Origin: Minutocellus sp. GHC0000111
Taxonomy: Eukaryota
Direction: 5' to 3'
Length of the DNA: 64,000 nt
NCBI GenBank assembly: GCA_977018835.1
Contig: OZ361257.1
Location: 5,022,001 to 5,086,000, forward strand
Shown here: positions 44,231 to 54,786 of the stretch, piece by piece
Layout of the letters: each line of letters starts with the position of its first letter
Numbering within the stretch: position 1 is the stretch's first letter
Position numbers and translations under genes: made by a program
The notes under the pieces: model-generated
Told to the model about the DNA's origin: nothing
Databases searched by the model: none
What the model saw: only the letters and a program-made list of their open reading frames with translations

Positions 44231-45919
44231 ATGCGGGCTATATCACCCCGCTTGCTCCTTCGCTCCACCGTCGCCTCGCTGATGCTGTGCTCTTTCAGCA
44301 TCGTTATCTTGAATTTCTCCTTCGACTCGAGCAACGTTTTGTCGGCGCAATTGAACGTACAAGAATTTTCTTCTCCGAGACATCTTGCATCAGCCTCTTT
44401 GGGAACCAATTGTTCCAGCAGTGACCTTGACAGATCAATTGATTGGTTCGACAAAGAGCGCTGGCGAGAAATCAAGTCACCATTGATGTGTTTCTACGCC
44501 GAAAATATCTGTCATGGGGCGCAGAAGTTCTTTTACGATGCGAGATCCAGAGGCCATAGCATGGAACAGCCGCAATGGAAGATCAAACGATCTGGGAAGA
44601 TTAATCATGGCTATTGGTACGATAGTCCAGGGTGTTCCATTGATATTGGAGTGGAAGAAAAGGCAGGTCAGGAACAACAAAACTGCTTTTACTCGCCAAT
44701 TCAAAATCACATTGTTCTGCATGGGGCTCACAATTCGATGCTTGGGGAGTTTTATGCCCGAGTGCTACCCGGATTAAAGCATATCATGGACGCTTTCGCG
44801 ACAGGTGAAGACGAACGCAGGTGGCAAGAAGGAACTCAGCTGTACTTGGACGCGTGGAAATCGCTTCCATATTATTATTATGGGCCCATGGAAAAGTTGC
44901 TGGACAGCCACCGCTTGTTTCTGAGACCCTTTACATCAAATCCCGTCCTTCAGCTTCGCTCGTTACAAGACAATACCGGTTGCTCATGTATGAAGCGACT
45001 TTTCTTTTGCGGGTATGAGGAAGTCAACAAGACCGATAGTGCATCAATATATATACCTTTTGCCTTTACCACGAAATATCGACATCTCAGGCTCAACAAA
45101 GACCTCTTGTGGGCTGACTTGCGTGACTTAATACGAAACACCACGATATCAAATGACCCTATAATTAGAAAATTGATCAAGGCAACTCGGACAGATATGA
45201 TCAAGAGCGCAGGGGGGGGAATTGGCGTCAAAGCTGATGAGAATAATTGCCAAATTGTCGGGTTGGCACAGCGGAATGGCCGTCGTCGGTGGACAAATCT
45301 TGAGGAAGTGCTAGAGCTTTGCAATGGCTTGTCACCTCATATAATCTGCGTGGAGGTCAATGTAGAGAAAGAAGAATCAAATGCCGTCAGTCAAGTCGTT
45401 ACTTTTGGTGCTCTCAACATGCTCATTGGAATTCATGGAGCGCAGCTCACTCAGGCTATTTTGATGAAGGATGGAGCCGTTGTTCTGGAGTTGATACCGT
45501 TTATTAAACATGGTACCTTTGGTAAGTGGGTGAGCAAGCTCGACAGCGAAACCCCTCTTGGTAAAATATTTCGAGGGACTGGTTTACACCACGTCTTTCC
45601 TTTAGGCAATACCAGTCTGATCTATGATGAAAATGGCAGCTTTGGAGAATTATGGTCCGAGAGAGATTTTCGTGTTGATACCACCATAATCGCAGAGGCC
45701 GTCCAAATTTTTTTACTCGCAGATAAGGGCACAGATCCAATGGGGGACTGCAAGAGCTTATTTAAGAGAGGAGTGAATTTCACTCTATACAATGTGCACT
45801 GCGAGGGTGCCTTGAAGCATATCTATCGATCTCATTGGCCCGAGCCGAATGCTCTGTGTGCAAAAGATAACCATGCGTTGCCCCCAGAAGGAAAGAGTAT
45901 GATATTCATTATTACATAG
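44231..45919 (+). CDS. Glycosyltransferase family 61-like type II membrane protein
   Basis: N-terminal TM anchor. Motifs RRRWTNLEEV and LIGIHGAQLTQAILMKDGAVVLELIP (GT61 HGA motif). Confidence 0.75.
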   Translation: MRAISPRLLLRSTVASLMLCSFSIVILNFSFDSSNVLSAQLNVQEFSSPRHLASASLGTNCSSSDLDRSIDWFDKERWREIKSPLMCFYAENICHGAQKFFYDARSRGHSMEQPQWKIKRSGKINHGYWYDSPGCSIDIGVEEKAGQEQQNCFYSPIQNHIVLHGAHNSMLGEFYARVLPGLKHIMDAFATGEDERRWQEGTQLYLDAWKSLPYYYYGPMEKLLDSHRLFLRPFTSNPVLQLRSLQDNTGCSCMKRLFFCGYEEVNKTDSASIYIPFAFTTKYRHLRLNKDLLWADLRDLIRNTTISNDPIIRKLIKATRTDMIKSAGGGIGVKADENNCQIVGLAQRNGRRRWTNLEEVLELCNGLSPHIICVEVNVEKEESNAVSQVVTFGALNMLIGIHGAQLTQAILMKDGAVVLELIPFIKHGTFGKWVSKLDSETPLGKIFRGTGLHHVFPLGNTSLIYDENGSFGELWSERDFRVDTTIIAEAVQIFLLADKGTDPMGDCKSLFKRGVNFTLYNVHCEGALKHIYRSHWPEPNALCAKDNHALPPEGKSMIFIIT

Positions 45920-45927
45920 CACATTTG

Positions 45928-47565
45928 TTATAGCCCAGGATTTGCAGCTGATATGGCGGCAATAGCAGCCTCGGGAGGATCATCGTTCAGCAGCTTGAAT
46001 CTGTCAGTGCTCAAATCGAAGGTTTCCTCGTCGCCGTCATCATAAAGGAACCTGAATGTATACGGCACATCTTCTTCATCTCTGGAAACAACTGTGGCAG
46101 GAAAATACATCCGATTAGGCTCCCAGTAAATACTCACTCTGGATCCGATGCCAACCTTTGACAGCATGATCTGCTTCTCGGAACCTCGTGTTGGTCGACT
46201 GCCAGAATCCGCCTCAACAATATCACGCACATTCGTCTTCTTTTGCTTTGGCTTGTTGTTATTCCGTTCAGTGATTTCTGCAAGATTCGGTGTATCTGCA
46301 TCTGTCTTCTGAGCATAAAATCCCACCTTCCACTTCATGCACGGCATAGGGCATCTCTTCTTAGTCACCGCATTTACTCTGCCGCAGGTACACGTCCAAG
46401 ATTCTACCGATGCATCGGTTATCGGAGCTGCCCCCTCATCATCGAGACTTCTGAACTTTTCCTTGCCCAAGTCAATTGATTCTGCAACCCCTTCATCATA
46501 CTTGATGGTGAACACATTTTCTGATCTATTGTCCCTCGCAATTATTGTTGCAGGATAGTACACCTTGTCAAGATGCCAGTATATTTCTACCCTGGACCCA
46601 ACAGTTAGGGACGGAAAGTTGTCATTTTCGCCCCTTTTTCTTTTTATTTTACGACAAGGCATAGCGACATTGACCATTTTTGTTTGACTTTGTGATTTCT
46701 TCTTCTGCCCATTTCTCCATACTTGATCATGGCTAATGCATTGCGCTTTAGTTCTAGAGCCAACAGCCTTGGCGATGGCTTTCCAATCTCCAGAATGAGC
46801 ACCAAGGGCATCTTGAAACCGTCGATCTTCGTCCTCCGTCCACCTCCCAATTCGATGCCTCGGCTTGCATTTCTTAACAAGATGTCCTGTGCGCGGCTGC
46901 GCTTTATTACTGCAACCCCAAAACGGTAGATGCCGTCGTGGTGCGCCATCAGTGAGAAAATGTTCAGTCGACGATATTTCCGTCATTCTGTGAAGTATCG
47001 CTTGCAATGTTTCTATGGGGTGTCCTTGCCTCAATGCATTCTCGATGGCCTTCCTTTGGCCTTTGTCGCCGCATTTCTTTTCACCCAATGCTGCGACAAA
47101 AATGTCAGATGCTTCAGCTATATTTTTTTCTGCAGTCGGCTCCTCAAACAATTGGCACGACCTTCTTGCAGATCCCATATCCAAGAAAGCTTCTGCGGTC
47201 ACTTGTAAATCTTTGGTGTTTTCTTCTTCTACCGATGCCGGATTAGTATCGTGTTGAAGCTTCAGCTGGCTAATCCAGCCACATGCATATAGATCCACTT
47301 TCATATCTACTGCATTGAATGCCGTCTTTTGCGTGCAGCAGGGGCATTTGAACCACTTGGGGGGATTCTTCGTCGCTGCTCGCTCCGTCTGGTCTGACAT
47401 TGCGGCAAGTTGCATGTTGTTCAAACAAGACGCACAAATCTTGTGAGAACATGCGGATGAAAACACTGGAAGACGCGACGTCCGTCGATCGTTATCCGTC
47501 GAGCAGAGCGATGGGTCGGAATCGAAGGGGTCGTAGCACACCGGGCAGGTAAGGAGATGATCCAT
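45928..47565 (-). CDS. RING finger, Myb/SANT, two Tudor-like domains and RanBP2-like zinc finger protein (paralogue of 36982-39632)
   Basis: MDHLLTCPVC... RING. Myb: GRWTEDEDRRF...DWKAIAKAVGSRTKAQCISH. Tudor-like: VGSRVEIYW...YYPATI...YDEG and IGSRVSIYW...YDDGDEE. Confidence 0.85.
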   Translation of the reverse strand: MDHLLTCPVCYDPFDSDPSLCSTDNDRRTSRLPVFSSACSHKICASCLNNMQLAAMSDQTERAATKNPPKWFKCPCCTQKTAFNAVDMKVDLYACGWISQLKLQHDTNPASVEEENTKDLQVTAEAFLDMGSARRSCQLFEEPTAEKNIAEASDIFVAALGEKKCGDKGQRKAIENALRQGHPIETLQAILHRMTEISSTEHFLTDGAPRRHLPFWGCSNKAQPRTGHLVKKCKPRHRIGRWTEDEDRRFQDALGAHSGDWKAIAKAVGSRTKAQCISHDQVWRNGQKKKSQSQTKMVNVAMPCRKIKRKRGENDNFPSLTVGSRVEIYWHLDKVYYPATIIARDNRSENVFTIKYDEGVAESIDLGKEKFRSLDDEGAAPITDASVESWTCTCGRVNAVTKKRCPMPCMKWKVGFYAQKTDADTPNLAEITERNNNKPKQKKTNVRDIVEADSGSRPTRGSEKQIMLSKVGIGSRVSIYWEPNRMYFPATVVSRDEEDVPYTFRFLYDDGDEETFDLSTDRFKLLNDDPPEAAIAAISAANPGL

Positions 47566-47736
47566 CTTGGCGTTGCTTTGACTTGAGTTTGACTTCTCCC
47601 GAAAGTAGACTTTGAACTTTTGGCGACGGCCCCGGTGCGACGGCCAGACAAAATTGGATGCACACACGCATACTCTCGGTCGCATTTCCCTTCTCGTGGC
47701 TGCTCATTTCTTCGAACGGACAACGCAAGCTCAACC

Positions 47737-48391
47737 ATGCGCTCCTTCGCTACCGTCGCCGCCGCTGCCGCCGTCCTCTCGACGGCCAGTGCCTTCGCCC
47801 CGCAGGCCCGGAGAAGCCCCCTCAGTGCCGAGGTTTCGGCACTGGTAACGTCGAACATCGTGCTGAACCAGGCCGCCGAGGAGGTCGATCCTCTGGATTT
47901 CACTCCGGAAGTACGTACGCGCTCTTCATTCTCTTGCTTTCATGCTTTCGTACCCTCTCATGCATTCGTGCGCTCGTGCCATGAGCCAGTTTGCGACTAG
48001 TATTTCTCTGCATATATTTTAGCCGGTCTCATCTCACCTGCTTTTTCCACGTTGACTCTGTCTCCACTCGCAGGGCACCCAAAAGCGCATCCAGGCACTG
48101 GTCGATGCCCATCCCGTCCTTCTCTTCATGAAGGGCTCCAAGATTTTCCCTCAGTGCGGATTCTCCAACACGGCCGTTCAAATCCTGCAGAGCTTCGGCA
48201 TTGATTTCGAGACTGTCGATGTCCTTGCCGATGAGAGCATCCGACAGGGCGTCAAGGACTTTTCGCAGTGGCCCACCATCCCTCAATTATACGTCGCCGG
48301 CGAGTTCATCGGTGGCAGTGACATTATGATTGAAATGTACCAGAGCGGTGAGCTTGGGGAGATGATTGAGGTTGCCAAGGCTGACATGTAA
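47737..48391 (+). CDS. Plastid-targeted monothiol (CGFS) glutaredoxin; intron 47911-48073
   Basis: Signal peptide plus ASAFAP. Motifs LFMKG...PQCGFS and WPTIPQLYVAGEFIGGSDI. The GTACGT...CAG intron keeps the frame. Confidence 0.93.
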
Positions 48392-48745
48392 CTTGTTATC
48401 ATCCAGTGAGGCATGGCGATTACTTGGGTCGATCGGCAATGGGGTTGGCACTGACGACGCTTTTGGTGAACACTGATAGTGACAGACTTGCGATACCCTC
48501 CGATTGTATGATGCATTTATTTACACAGAATGAAATGTGGATTTAGCTGTCGAATGCTTTGCAATTGAGAGTCCCTAATTCAGACCATCTGGCAAAGCCT
48601 GATTTGAAGCAATGCGGTGCATCTACACCGCTACCGAAGAGCAAACACTTTAGACTTAACAATTATTTTACATAGCTACGTAGCTGAACGATACGATTAA
48701 ACCTTGACAAACAAATATGATATTTATGAACTTGCAATCGGGCCG

Positions 48746-50347
48746 TCACCAGGTTGGACTGCTCCCGATGAGATGGCTGCATCTGGATGGATCTGAAGAG
48801 CCCCTTTTGTGCAGAGGTGGGCGGTGTGATGAGGACGAGTTGGACGATCGGAGACTTCTTGACGAGGAGGCGGCAGTGTCGGGGGTAGAGTGGCCCGATC
48901 TACCGGAGAAGGAGCTCGAGGCATTGGTGGCTCGAGTGATAGTTGAGGCGCTAGTCACAACGGTGGAATGTGACGCATGACGACGGTGCGTTCGCATCAT
49001 TTCTCGGCGAATGTCTTGGCGGCGCTTCTGATCCAGCTCCTTGGTCAGGGTGCCGATGTGAGTCTGCTGACTTTTGATTTTTGCCTGGAGCTCAGCAAGG
49101 GCGGTGGACTTTTCTTCGAGCTTGCGACGGAAGTTATCCTCTGCGCGTTCTCTTTGGAGCTGCTCACGCTCCAGACGATGGGCGATGCCAACTACCTTGG
49201 CGTCAGCGGCAACGAAGCTGCCGGTATCGACGTCGCATGGCGCAGAATCTCTGCCCTCGTCAATGTTGCTGGTCCTCCTTGTTAACGACGGTAGAGAGGG
49301 CAGGGGCGCCGACATGCGAAAATATTCCGCAAAGTCAGATATATTCTCTACTCTCGACGCCATTCGTTCGTCAAACAATTTGGCCTGGAGACGTTTGGTT
49401 TCCTCTGCCTGCTGTAGCTTCTTGGTCAGATCCTGCTCCATAATATCTCGTTCCTGCAGGACCGAGGCGAGCTCGTCCTTGATGGTTTCCACCGTGGTGT
49501 GACATTCGCGCTTCAGGTAGTCAATCTGACCCTCGAGGACGCCCTGGTTGTGCAGCGATTTGCACAGCTGGGCCTGCAACTTGGACAGGTGGGATGGTCC
49601 CACGGCCGTCATGGGCGACATGTCCTGAATGAGCGACGCATATTCCGCCATGGCCACCTTGTCCTCGAGGTCTAAGTGGAATTTCTCCACCTGCCGCTCA
49701 GCCATGGACAGTTCCCTGCGCAGCTGCTCAATCTCGACGTGTGCCATGGCCCGCTCCTGCTTCCGTTGGCACTTGACCAGGCGGAGCTCTTCCTCCAGTG
49801 CCTTGATTTGGGCATCCTTCTGTTCGCATGCCGTGGCCAGGTCGGCATCGGATACCGCCGTGAGCTTGGCTTGGACCGATCGCGATTTGCGAAGTCGTGG
49901 CGGCGAGGGGAGGCTGAGTGACAGCGATCTTTTGGGCTGGGGCTTGATCACGTTGGGCGAATCGCCCGTCCCCGTCGCAGTAAACGTCTCGGCATGCTTG
50001 CTGCTCGACCTCATGGAAGCCGTGTCAGACTTGTCAGCGCCATAGGCCTCATCTACGGACGAATCGACGGTGGCAATGCGAACCATGTCTCGAGTTGCCG
50101 ACGACAGCTGGCTGCTATCGAACGTGTTGAAACGATGGATGCTTTTGCTGCTGCCGAATAACTTTCTCATATTGCCTCCAGGCGGCGACGGACGGGGTTG
50201 AAGTCGCACGGCCCGGACGCTCCTCGGCGAGGTTGCCGACGACGTGGACGACGATAGGGACGGCGGGGCCGGTGGAAGCGAAGCGTCGAGCTGATCCAAG
50301 ATGTGCCGAAAATCTTGGTCAGCTGTGTTTATAGTTTGTCGATCCAT
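48746..50347 (-). CDS. Hypothetical coiled-coil protein
   Basis: 533-aa ORF with long E/K/Q/L heptad-like segments and Ser-rich ends. Confidence 0.72.
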   Translation of the reverse strand: MDRQTINTADQDFRHILDQLDASLPPAPPSLSSSTSSATSPRSVRAVRLQPRPSPPGGNMRKLFGSSKSIHRFNTFDSSQLSSATRDMVRIATVDSSVDEAYGADKSDTASMRSSSKHAETFTATGTGDSPNVIKPQPKRSLSLSLPSPPRLRKSRSVQAKLTAVSDADLATACEQKDAQIKALEEELRLVKCQRKQERAMAHVEIEQLRRELSMAERQVEKFHLDLEDKVAMAEYASLIQDMSPMTAVGPSHLSKLQAQLCKSLHNQGVLEGQIDYLKRECHTTVETIKDELASVLQERDIMEQDLTKKLQQAEETKRLQAKLFDERMASRVENISDFAEYFRMSAPLPSLPSLTRRTSNIDEGRDSAPCDVDTGSFVAADAKVVGIAHRLEREQLQRERAEDNFRRKLEEKSTALAELQAKIKSQQTHIGTLTKELDQKRRQDIRREMMRTHRRHASHSTVVTSASTITRATNASSSFSGRSGHSTPDTAASSSRSLRSSNSSSSHRPPLHKRGSSDPSRCSHLIGSSPTW

Positions 50348-50499
50348 GATACCAATACTGCTACAGTTGTAAGTGCCAATTCCAGCTCAGGAAGAAGGTG
50401 TCAAGGCGCTGGCCCTGGGATGACTGACTACAGAAGTTCGCTGGCGGGCGGAGAATTTTGAATGCTGACTGGCTGCTGCGGCGGCGGCCCAGCTCAGTC

Positions 50500-50675
50500 T
50501 GTGTTTGAGGCTTTGACACTTTTACGTCAACAGATTTGTGTTTGAGGCTTTGACACTTTTACGTCAACACCGAAGTCCGAATCAGGCCACGTCGGCTTGT
50601 TGTGTACAGATTTGTGTTTGAGGCTTTGACACTTTTACGTCAACACGAAGTCCGAATCAGGCCACGTCGGCTTGT
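50500..50675. repeat. Nested short tandem duplications in a divergent promoter region
   Basis: 33-bp TGTGTTTGAGGCTTTGACACTTTTACGTCAACA at 50500, 50537 and 50613. 30-bp CGAAGTCCGAATCAGGCCACGTCGGCTTGT at 50571 and 50646. Confidence 0.93.
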
Positions 50676-50938
50676 CTGCGTTGGTTACCGGCTACAAGCA
50701 AGCAGTGTCAACTCTTCGGCTCTTGTGGCGGCCAACAAGAATGAGGGTGGGAGGGCCGGCTTGTCCGAAAGACATTTCCCGCTGTGTCTCATGACGAACA
50801 ACAGAAAGCACCGGTAGCGGTGTTGACTGGCGGGGGCGCCATCGCCAGCCAGCCAAGCAATCACAACCGGCAGCAGGGAAAGGTGCCCATAGCGTTAGCT
50901 CAAATTTCCTCTTGCCCCATCGCCATTCATTTAATTAT

Positions 50939-52251
50939 ATGCGTCGCCAGGCGTTGTCTTTACTACGCACAGCAGCAGGGCATCCTCGCTCGTCAATCTT
51001 GCATCGTCCAGACCCAGCACATCTCAGTCTCGCACCACCAACACCAACACCTCGGCATCATATTCATTATTTGAGCCATAATAACAATCTTTGTGCTCAG
51101 CGCCGGAAACTATCAAGCATGGAGTCAGATAATAGCGTTAATACGAGAGATCCAAACATGTTTGTGATTGAAAGAACAGATAAAAATGGTGGTGTTCGGA
51201 TAAGCATGCCGCCACGACAAGACCACGGTGCTGATAGCCACGAAAGCAATACGAACAAAAAGAGGAAGAACCAAGCGGCATCTGCCCCCAAATCACCTGA
51301 ATCAACATCAGCAACAACAACGGCAGATACCTCTACTAGCAATGACATTCCAGAAACAGTACTGCGATACGAACGACATATGAGAAAGATTCAGGCGGCC
51401 GATCGGGCTGGGGCACCGGTCACCGCCGAGGAACACTTGCATGTGATATACGACGACGAGCACATCGTCGTTGCCGACAAACCATCGGGAGTGCTGTGCG
51501 TTCCCGGTGTCAACAAAAATCCATCGTTGCTGACTGTGGTGTACGAAACGTATGGCTGCGAGAGCAATGTGATGGACAGTATGATTTGTCATCGGCTAGA
51601 TATGGACACAAGCGGCCTGGTGGTATTTGCAAAGACGAATGCGGCGCTAAAGCGCATGCACGAGATATTTCGCGAAAGGCAAGTTAGCAAGAGCTACGAG
51701 GCTTTATTGTGTGGTCATTTACCATCTGATAATGGGGTAATCGACTTGCCGCTGCAGAGAGATCATCGATATCCACCATTTATGAGAGTCTCAACACCGC
51801 AGAGCGAAGAAGCAGCGGCGCAGGCCGAAAAAAAAATTTGAAGAGTCATGGATGGAAGAAGCTGGTGATGAAGCGACCAAAACAGAGCCAAACAGAATTT
51901 CAGGTGTTATTGAGGGAAATGTATTGTGGCAAATATCCCGTTACGAGCGTCAAGTATACTCCCATAACGGGACGAACGCATCAGCTGAGGGTGCATAGCG
52001 CTGCCATTGGATTTCCAATTGTTGCTGATCCGTGCTACGGGATCTACGGAGAAGCAAATTCAAATGGTGGGTTTGCCGAGGATATGTTGTCACTTGTATC
52101 TCCAGAAAGAGCATTGATTGAACTGCAGAAACAGATTAATGATGCTGTACAAGCTGAAGGGAAATGCATGTGCCTGCATGCCAAGGAGCTGGTATTTGCT
52201 CATCCTGTGACGAGGGAGAAGATGACCCTTGTGGCCCCGGCGCCATTTTAG
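50939..52251 (+). CDS. RluA-family RNA pseudouridine synthase, frameshift in poly-A run at ~51828-51836
   Basis: Motifs DKPSG, HRLDMDTSG, TGRTHQLRVH and LHAKELVFAHP. The Arg-rich N-terminus resembles a mitochondrial presequence. Confidence 0.88.
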
Positions 52252-52612
52252 TTCCTACTGAGCGAAATACTCGAATTACAGTCCTGTATGGTGATTCCTT
52301 TCATTATAGATCTAGTAATTCTTAATCTAAGCGTCAAAACGGGGTTGAATGAGAGACCAGCAGCTGACTGTTTGCAAAAGGTTATGAGCTTGGAGACTAC
52401 CGAACCTACCAATCACCCGAAAATGTTGGCCATCAAATTTCTGGCTGGCTGGCTGCTGCGGCAGGATAGCAGGATATCCCTGAAACCGGATATGAAGCAG
52501 CTCCGAAGGGGGAGAACAAGAGCAATCACAGAATAACATAAACAAAAAAGAAAATATCCATCACAGCAGAGTCATATCTCAGAAAGAAGACTCCACCTCG
52601 AGCTCAATCAAA

Positions 52613-52975
52613 ATGGCAAGCAAGAGCTGGCCGTTCTGCCCCGAATGCCGGGCATCGCTTCAGGTCGATGCCACCGGTTCGATCAATTGTCGTGTTTGTC
52701 CGTACGAGTCCAACCTCTCATCGCTGTCAAGTGTACCCAGCCGCACCACTTACTCGGCTGACAGAGCCGTTCCGCTGTGGGCCAAGTCCGACGAGGAGCA
52801 GGCGGCTTTGCGTGCGTCGAAGGAACCCAGCCGAGCAACCGTGGAGGAGCCGTGCGTTCGTTGCGGTGCGCCGGAGGTCGGGTTCTACACTGTTCAGCTG
52901 CGAAGTGTTGATGAGGGCCAGACTGTCTTTTATGAGTGCCCAGCATGCAAACATACGTGGTCCATCAATAACTAG
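52613..52975 (+). CDS. RPA12: DNA-directed RNA polymerase I subunit RPA12
   Basis: N-terminal zinc ribbon FCPEC...CRVC and TFIIS-like C-terminal ribbon CVRCG...QLRSVDEGQTVFYECPAC. Confidence 0.9.
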   Translation: MASKSWPFCPECRASLQVDATGSINCRVCPYESNLSSLSSVPSRTTYSADRAVPLWAKSDEEQAALRASKEPSRATVEEPCVRCGAPEVGFYTVQLRSVDEGQTVFYECPACKHTWSINN

Positions 52976-53151
52976 CTAGTCTGGCTGTGCATGTCATGGA
53001 ACCAAGCTCTGAAAAAACAAGTGCTGGTCTCTGGAAGAGAAATCCCCAAAGTTCGCTATTTTTGAAGGAAGCATTTATGCGATATACTGTTCATCGGCTA
53101 ATCTAAAAAGAAACTTGCATGTATAAGCTCTGGCACTTCCTTTAATTAGAC

Positions 53152-54315
53152 TTACGATTGATTTTCATCGGCGCTTTTTCGAAGCAGCTGGTTGACGATG
53201 TAGGCATAGTTGCTTCCCTCTCCTCCAGTAGATACCGGTTCCATTCGGTGCTTGCACGTGTCAGATCGGAAGATGACCAATCGATCACCAGCCGGTGATA
53301 CGACCGTGCCATCCTCAAAGCCCAATCCTCCACCCTCACTCTCACTCCAATCACTCAAGAAGTACACGACGGTAATCTTCTTGGGATCACTGGCGTTGCC
53401 CTCATTGACCAGCGCATAATCCCTCGGCGGTGGTGCCTCACTAAGCAGTGCCAACGATGATTCTCTTGCCTTGCGATCAATTACTCTCAGATTTCCAGTC
53501 GAGGCGGTGGCATCCAAAACGCATCCCAGCACATCGCCGCCGCCCATCTCTTCCAGAAGTGGTGGCATATGCCTCGTAGAAGAAACGATGTATTCGACCG
53601 TACGGGGCAAGTCGGTGTACTGCTCCTCGCCACCAGTGATGCGGGTGGCAAACTCCCCGCTTTCCAAGTTGGACACGTCGCGTTCCAACTTGTCACCTTC
53701 CATCATGGCCAACGCCTCGGATTCCATTTCGGACACCAACTCGACCTGATCCAAGAATTGGTCCATTATGTAATATCCCTTGGATTGCAACTCCTGACCA
53801 ATTGCCTCGTAGGGCAATGCCTCCACCCACTCCTTGATGTGGGTGAGAGTGTCGACGCTCTTGCGCTGGCTGGCAATCAGCTCGGCCGCCCGGGCCTGGA
53901 TGGCGGCCTCCTCGGCGGCGGCTGCGGAGGCGGCGGCATCCTCCTGCGACTTCATCTGCACCACGGCCTCGTCGGTGGTTTGGGTCGGGGCCCACTGATC
54001 GATGGGCGCCGTGCGGTCCAGGACAGCCGGCCGTTCCACCTTCCGCGGCGGCAGCTTCCGTCCGCGACGCTTGCGCTTTTCGGCCATGGACAGCTTCTTC
54101 TTCTTCTTGGCGGATAGGGCTGTTGAAGATAAGAGGTGATGTTGAATGAAACCATAATTGGTGGTGGTTGAAGTAGTGTCAAGTTTCGTCACGTGATTTG
54201 CCAGAGAATTATGTGTTGGTTTTGGACAAAACGCAGAAACAGAGCGAAAAGATACAGCGCCGATCAGCAAGGTCGTCGAGACGAGGCTGAGGGAGTTCAT
54301 CTTTGCTGTTACCAT
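53152..54315 (-). CDS. Probable plastid-targeted 2OG-Fe(II) oxygenase-like (prolyl-hydroxylase fold) protein
   Basis: Signal peptide plus VSAF. C-terminal KITVVYFLSDW..EGGGL...PAGDRLVIFRSD..H. Confidence 0.65.
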   Translation of the reverse strand: MVTAKMNSLSLVSTTLLIGAVSFRSVSAFCPKPTHNSLANHVTKLDTTSTTTNYGFIQHHLLSSTALSAKKKKKLSMAEKRKRRGRKLPPRKVERPAVLDRTAPIDQWAPTQTTDEAVVQMKSQEDAAASAAAAEEAAIQARAAELIASQRKSVDTLTHIKEWVEALPYEAIGQELQSKGYYIMDQFLDQVELVSEMESEALAMMEGDKLERDVSNLESGEFATRITGGEEQYTDLPRTVEYIVSSTRHMPPLLEEMGGGDVLGCVLDATASTGNLRVIDRKARESSLALLSEAPPPRDYALVNEGNASDPKKITVVYFLSDWSESEGGGLGFEDGTVVSPAGDRLVIFRSDTCKHRMEPVSTGGEGSNYAYIVNQLLRKSADENQS

Positions 54316-54786
54316 ATTTCAATTACCAATACCAGTAGAGGCAGACTGTCTCTGGCGGCCGATGGCCGATTTCGCCTTCGTGCGTCGGTTTACATAAGTC
54401 GAGCGAGTCAAAATCTCAGCTGCGAACCTTCGTTTGTTTCCGGTTCGCACAAAAAGGTGACGTGGCGCCACGAAGCTGACTCACAAAGTTGAAGCGCCAC
54501 AATTTTTTGCGTGCAGTGGGGGTTGATACCGCCATTGCGCATTGTGCGTGGAAATGACGAAGAAGGAGTAGAGTTTCCCCTCTTGGAAATCAGGTTGCTC
54601 TGCTCCTAGCTAGTTTGAGAAGTGTTCTGGTCGGTTACTGCTCATATCTGAGGATTATCGTTGGACTTGAGATATCCAGATTGCTACCGAGGAAGGATCT
54701 TGGGCCCTCATTTCTTTTCTGTCTGCTTGTGCTGGCCAAACCTCCAGTCAAGCTGCGGTTTCGTCGAAATCGTCCATGCGCCGCAA

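Noticed and set aside
50500..50675. CRISPR-like array (33-bp repeats with internal palindrome)
   Set aside because: The intervening sequences are 4 bp or duplicates of each other, there are no cas genes, and the context is eukaryotic.
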